Of a DNA stretch of 64,000 nucleotides, positions 60,093-64,000 are shown piece by piece (the first letter of the stretch is position 1; each line of letters starts with the position of its first letter). Where the stretch lies: assembly GCF_009914755.1 (NCBI RefSeq), contig NC_060931.1; one strand, 5' to 3'. The translations under genes and the position numbers were made by a program. The notes beneath the pieces are model-generated. The model had not been told where the DNA came from. It searched no databases and saw nothing but the letters and a program-made list of their open reading frames with translations. Source of the DNA: the human T2T-CHM13v2.0 reference genome, Homo sapiens.

Positions 60093-62535
60093 TGATAAGG
60101 TTTAGCTGTGTCTGCACCCAAATCCTATCTTAAATTGTAGTTTCCATAATCCTCATGTGTTGTGGGAGGAAGCCAGTGGGAGGTAATTCAATTTTGGGGG
60201 TGGTTACTCCCATGCTGCTGTTCTCATGATAGTGACTGAGTTCTCATGAGATCTGATGGTTTTACAAGAGGCTTTTTTCTCTTTGCTGGTCTTCTCTCTC
60301 TTGCTGCCCTGTGAAGAAGGATGTGTTGTTTCCCCTTCTGCCATGATTGTAAGTTTCTTGAGGCCTCCTCAGCCTTGTGGAACTGTGAGGCAATTAAACC
60401 TCTTTCCTTTATAAATCACCCAGTCTCAGGTATGTCTTTATTGGCAGCATGAAAATGGACTAATACAGTAAATTGGTACTGGGAGAATGGGGTGTTGCTG
60501 TATAGATACCTGAAAATGTGGAAGCGACTTTGGAACTGGGTAACAGACAGAGCTTGGAACAGTTTAGAGGGCTCAGAAGAAGACAGGAAAATGTGGGAAA
60601 GCTCAGAACTTCCTAGAGGCTTGTTGAATGGCTTTGACCAAAATGCTGACGGTTATATGGACAATAAAGTCCAGGTTGAGTTGGTCTCAGATGGAGATGA
60701 GGAACTCGCTGGGAACTAGAACAAAGGTGACACTTGTTATGCTTTAGCAAAGAGACTGGACGCATTTTGCCCCTGCCCTAGAGATTTCTGGAACTTTGAA
60801 CTTAAAAGAGATGAGTTAGGGTATCTGGCAGAAGAAATTTCTTTTATATGTATATATATATAAAAAATATATATATATATATATTTATACTTTAAGTTCT
60901 AGGGTACATGTGCACAACATGCCAGTTTGTTACATATGTATACATGTGCCATGTTGGTGTGCTGCACCCATTAACTGCTGAAGAAATTTCTAAGTGGCAA
61001 AGCTCTCAAGGAAGCAGAGCATAAAAGTTTGGAAAACTTGCAGCCCCACAGTGTGATAGAAAAGAAAAACCCGTTTTCCAGGGAGAAATTCAGGCTCACT
61101 ACAGAAATTTGCATAAGTAACATGGAGCCAAATGTTAATCACTAAGACAATGGGGAAAATATATCTAGAACATGTCAGAGACCTTCATGGCAGTGCCTCC
61201 CATCACAGACCCAGAGGCCTAGAAGGGAAATATTGTTTCCTGGACTGGACCCAGGGTCCCCCTGCTCTGTGCAGCCTCGGGAGATGGTGCCCTATGTCTC
61301 AGCTGCTTCAGCACCAGCTATGGCTAAAAAGGGCCAAAGTACACCTTAGGCCATAGCTTCAGACAGTGCAAATCCCAATCCTTGGTGGCTTCCAGGTAAT
61401 GTTGGTGCACAGAAGGCAAGAACTGAGGTTTGAGAACCTCTGCCTAGATTTCAGAGGATGTGTGGAAATGCCTGGATGTCTAGGCAGAAGTTTGCTGCAG
61501 GGGTGGAGCAGTCATGAAGAACCACTGCCAGATCAGTGTGGAAGGAAAATGTAGGGTCAGAGCCCCCACACAGAGTCCCCACTGGGGCACTGCCTAGTGG
61601 AGTTGTGAGAAGAGGACCACTGTCCTCTAGACCAGAGAATGGTGGATCCACTGACAGCTTGCTTTGGGCACCTGCAACAGCCACAGTCACTCAATGCCAG
61701 CCTATGAAAGCAGCCAACAGAAGGGCTATACCCTGCAAAGTCACAGGGGCGGAGCTCCTGAAGGTTGTGGGAGCCCAACTCTTGCATCAATGTGACCTAG
61801 ATGTGAGACATGGAGTCAAAGGAGATAACTTTGGAATTTTAAGGTTTAATGACTGCCCTATTGGATTTCAGAGTTGCATAGGGCCTATAGCCCCTTTGTT
61901 TTGGCCAATTTCTCTCCCACTTGGAATGGGTGTATTTACCCAATGCCTGTACCTCCATTGTAACTAGAAAGTAACTAACTTGTTTTTGATTTTACAGGCT
62001 TATAGGTGGAAGGGACTTGCCTTGTCTCAGATGAGATGTTAGACTTGGACTTTTGGGTTAATGCTGGAATGAGTTAAGACTTTGGGAGACTGTTGGAAAT
62101 GGATGATTGTGTTTCGAAATGTGAGGACTTGAGATTTTGGAGGGGTAAGGAGAGTGGAATGATATGGTTTGGCTCTGTCTCCACCCAAATGTCATCTTGA
62201 ATTGTAATTCCCATAATCCCCATGTGTCATGGGAGAGACCCGGTGGGAAGTAATTGAATCATGGGGATGGTTACCTGCACACTGCTGTTCTTATGGTAGT
62301 GAGTGAGTTCTCATGAGATCTGATGGTTTTATGAAGGGCATTTTCCCCTTTGCTTGGCACTTCTCTCTCCTTCCACCTTGTGAAGAAGGATGTGTTTACT
62401 TCCCCTTCCATCATAATTGTAAGTTTCCTGGGTCCTCTCAGCCCTGCAGAACTGTGAGTCAATTAAACCTCTTTCTTTTATTAATTACCCAGTCTCAGGC
62501 AGTTCTTTATAGCAGCATAAGAACTGACTAACACA
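60093..62535 (+). mobile_element. Complete THE1 element (LTR 60093-60467, internal region, LTR 62160-62535), TSD acttc
   Basis: Both LTRs TGA...CA; THE1-int start gtaaattggtac; acttc at 60088-60092 and 62536-62540. Confidence 0.95.
60843..60976 (-). mobile_element. Very short L1PA 3' end nested in THE1-int, tail decayed to (TA)n
   Basis: tatactttaagttctagggtacatgtgcacaac...cccattaact; TSD gaagaaatttct at 60831-60842 and 60980-60991. Confidence 0.93.
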
Positions 62536-62609
62536 ACTTCTTCCCAGAATATACCCAGATATAAATGAAATAGATAATAAATCAAAGTCAGCTGTACTGA
62601 GTTTGAATG

Positions 62610-62850
62610 AGACTGATGGTCTCTTGAGCCCAGAGTTTAGTTTCTAACAGATCTGGAATTGAATCTAGGCTTCTTCCCTAGCCATTTCTTGGAGGTAGCC
62701 CCTTTGGAAGTATGACTAGACCTTTCCAATCATTAATCTCTTTGTCTCTAAAGTAAGCATAATATCTACTTTTTTAGGGCTGTGTTTTAGTATTAAGGAA
62801 ATAACCTGTTTAGCTCAATGCCAATCACACTGTAAATATTAAGTTAATGG
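62610..62850 (+). mobile_element. MIR
   Basis: cagatctggaattgaatctaggc...aatatctact...agggctgtg. Confidence 0.6.
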
Positions 62851-63909
62851 AAAAAATGCTAAAAATAAAATTGATAACAATAATATAGAGAACCTTTTGG
62901 CATGGTTGTCTAAATAAGAGAATAGATAAAAAAAGAAGTGCAAACTATAGACCAAATGTTTGGATCTCATATTAGTTTAGCATTTGGAAACTGGCTATAG
63001 AACTAGACAATTAATATTCTTTGCTAATAATCTATAACATTTGTTAAACAGTTCGAATTACAGTAGAACCACCAAGAATTCTGAAAACCCAGTAAGTTAA
63101 GTTGATGACATGACTGGCTGTCTGGATGCTACGGGGCATGAGCTTTAGCCATACTCATTAACTTTGATACCCCAAAGTCACCCCAAAGAAATACAAATAC
63201 AGTGTATTAGGTATGCAATATCCGCTTCAAGACAAAACTTACAGTCATTTCTGGTATGATCAAATTGATTCCCCTAAGTCCTTGTTATAGGAAAAATTAT
63301 GACACACCCACTTATCAGTAAGACACGAATGTAACATTTCCTGAGATTTATAATAGTTATTGAGAAAAGGAAAAGAAAATTTATGAATAATAGAAATAAT
63401 TTTCCTTTATGTTTTGAAAAATTAACTCTTATTTTTCAGTTATCGAACATGTACCTTCAATTCTTCAATTTAGAGTTTATTTATGATAACTAACTTTGAT
63501 ATCCTCTGAGAGCATGTCTAGAAGATGGCAAATGCTTTTCACCATGAATTAGTGCTGAATGCAGTTTTAAAAATCTTACCTTGTTAATCTGTTAGAAGAT
63601 AGTAGCAAATAACAATACCACATTGCTTATTTGTTGAATAGCAACAATTTCAATAATTCAGTAGAAGACATAAGTTATATGACAGATATATATAATCATA
63701 AATCTAATATATTTGTAATGAAGACAAATATTAGCTTATATGTATGATGTTTAATCTTACTTTAGACTCTAAATAACTGTGTGATATTGGAAATTTACTG
63801 AAATTCGTAATGATTATATTTTATTTCTTTGTAAAATATAGTAATTTGACTTAATGATCTCTATGATTACATTATTCTCTAAATCTGGTAAAGGTGAAAC
63901 TTTAGAAAT

Positions 63910-64000
63910 TGTGTGTGTGTCTATATATATACATGAATACATGTGAATATATTCATAGACACATACACATATGTACACATACACAAACATATATTCACAT
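63910..64000. repeat. (TG)/(TA)/(CA) low-complexity tract
   Basis: Alternating purine-pyrimidine run to the window end. Confidence 0.85.

Noticed and set aside
60492-61967. ORFs in the THE1 internal region
   Set aside because: Fragmented, frameshifted MaLR internal sequence interrupted by an L1

Overview
AT-rich primate genomic DNA, almost certainly human, from the giant neuronal gene CNTNAP2 (Caspr2) on the + strand. The only supportable coding sequence is the 111-nt exon 2 at 22692-22802, which encodes (Q)[36 protein letters not shown](G) at the start of the discoidin/F5-8C domain and has textbook splice sites. Bases 1-22691 are therefore the end of intron 1 and 22803-64000 the start of intron 2. 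The rest is intronic: 15 Alus, several L1 fragments (one twin-primed inverted L1 carrying two nested AluYs), MaLR LTRs (two solo THE1, two MST, one complete LTR-int-LTR THE1), a solo LTR12D, MER21, DNA transposon fossils, L2/MIR and microsatellites. All other ORFs in the track look like repeat-derived or chance frames. I see no evidence of a new multi-gene system. The most interesting unexplained structures are a templated inverted insertion inside a small hairpin (16710-16946), a candidate L1 3' transduction, a recursive-splice-like AG|GT site, a displaced 119-bp direct duplication, a THE1 provirus with discordant LTRs and an antisense LTR12D promoter. Subfamily labels come from remembered consensus diagnostics, and boundaries of old repeats are approximate.
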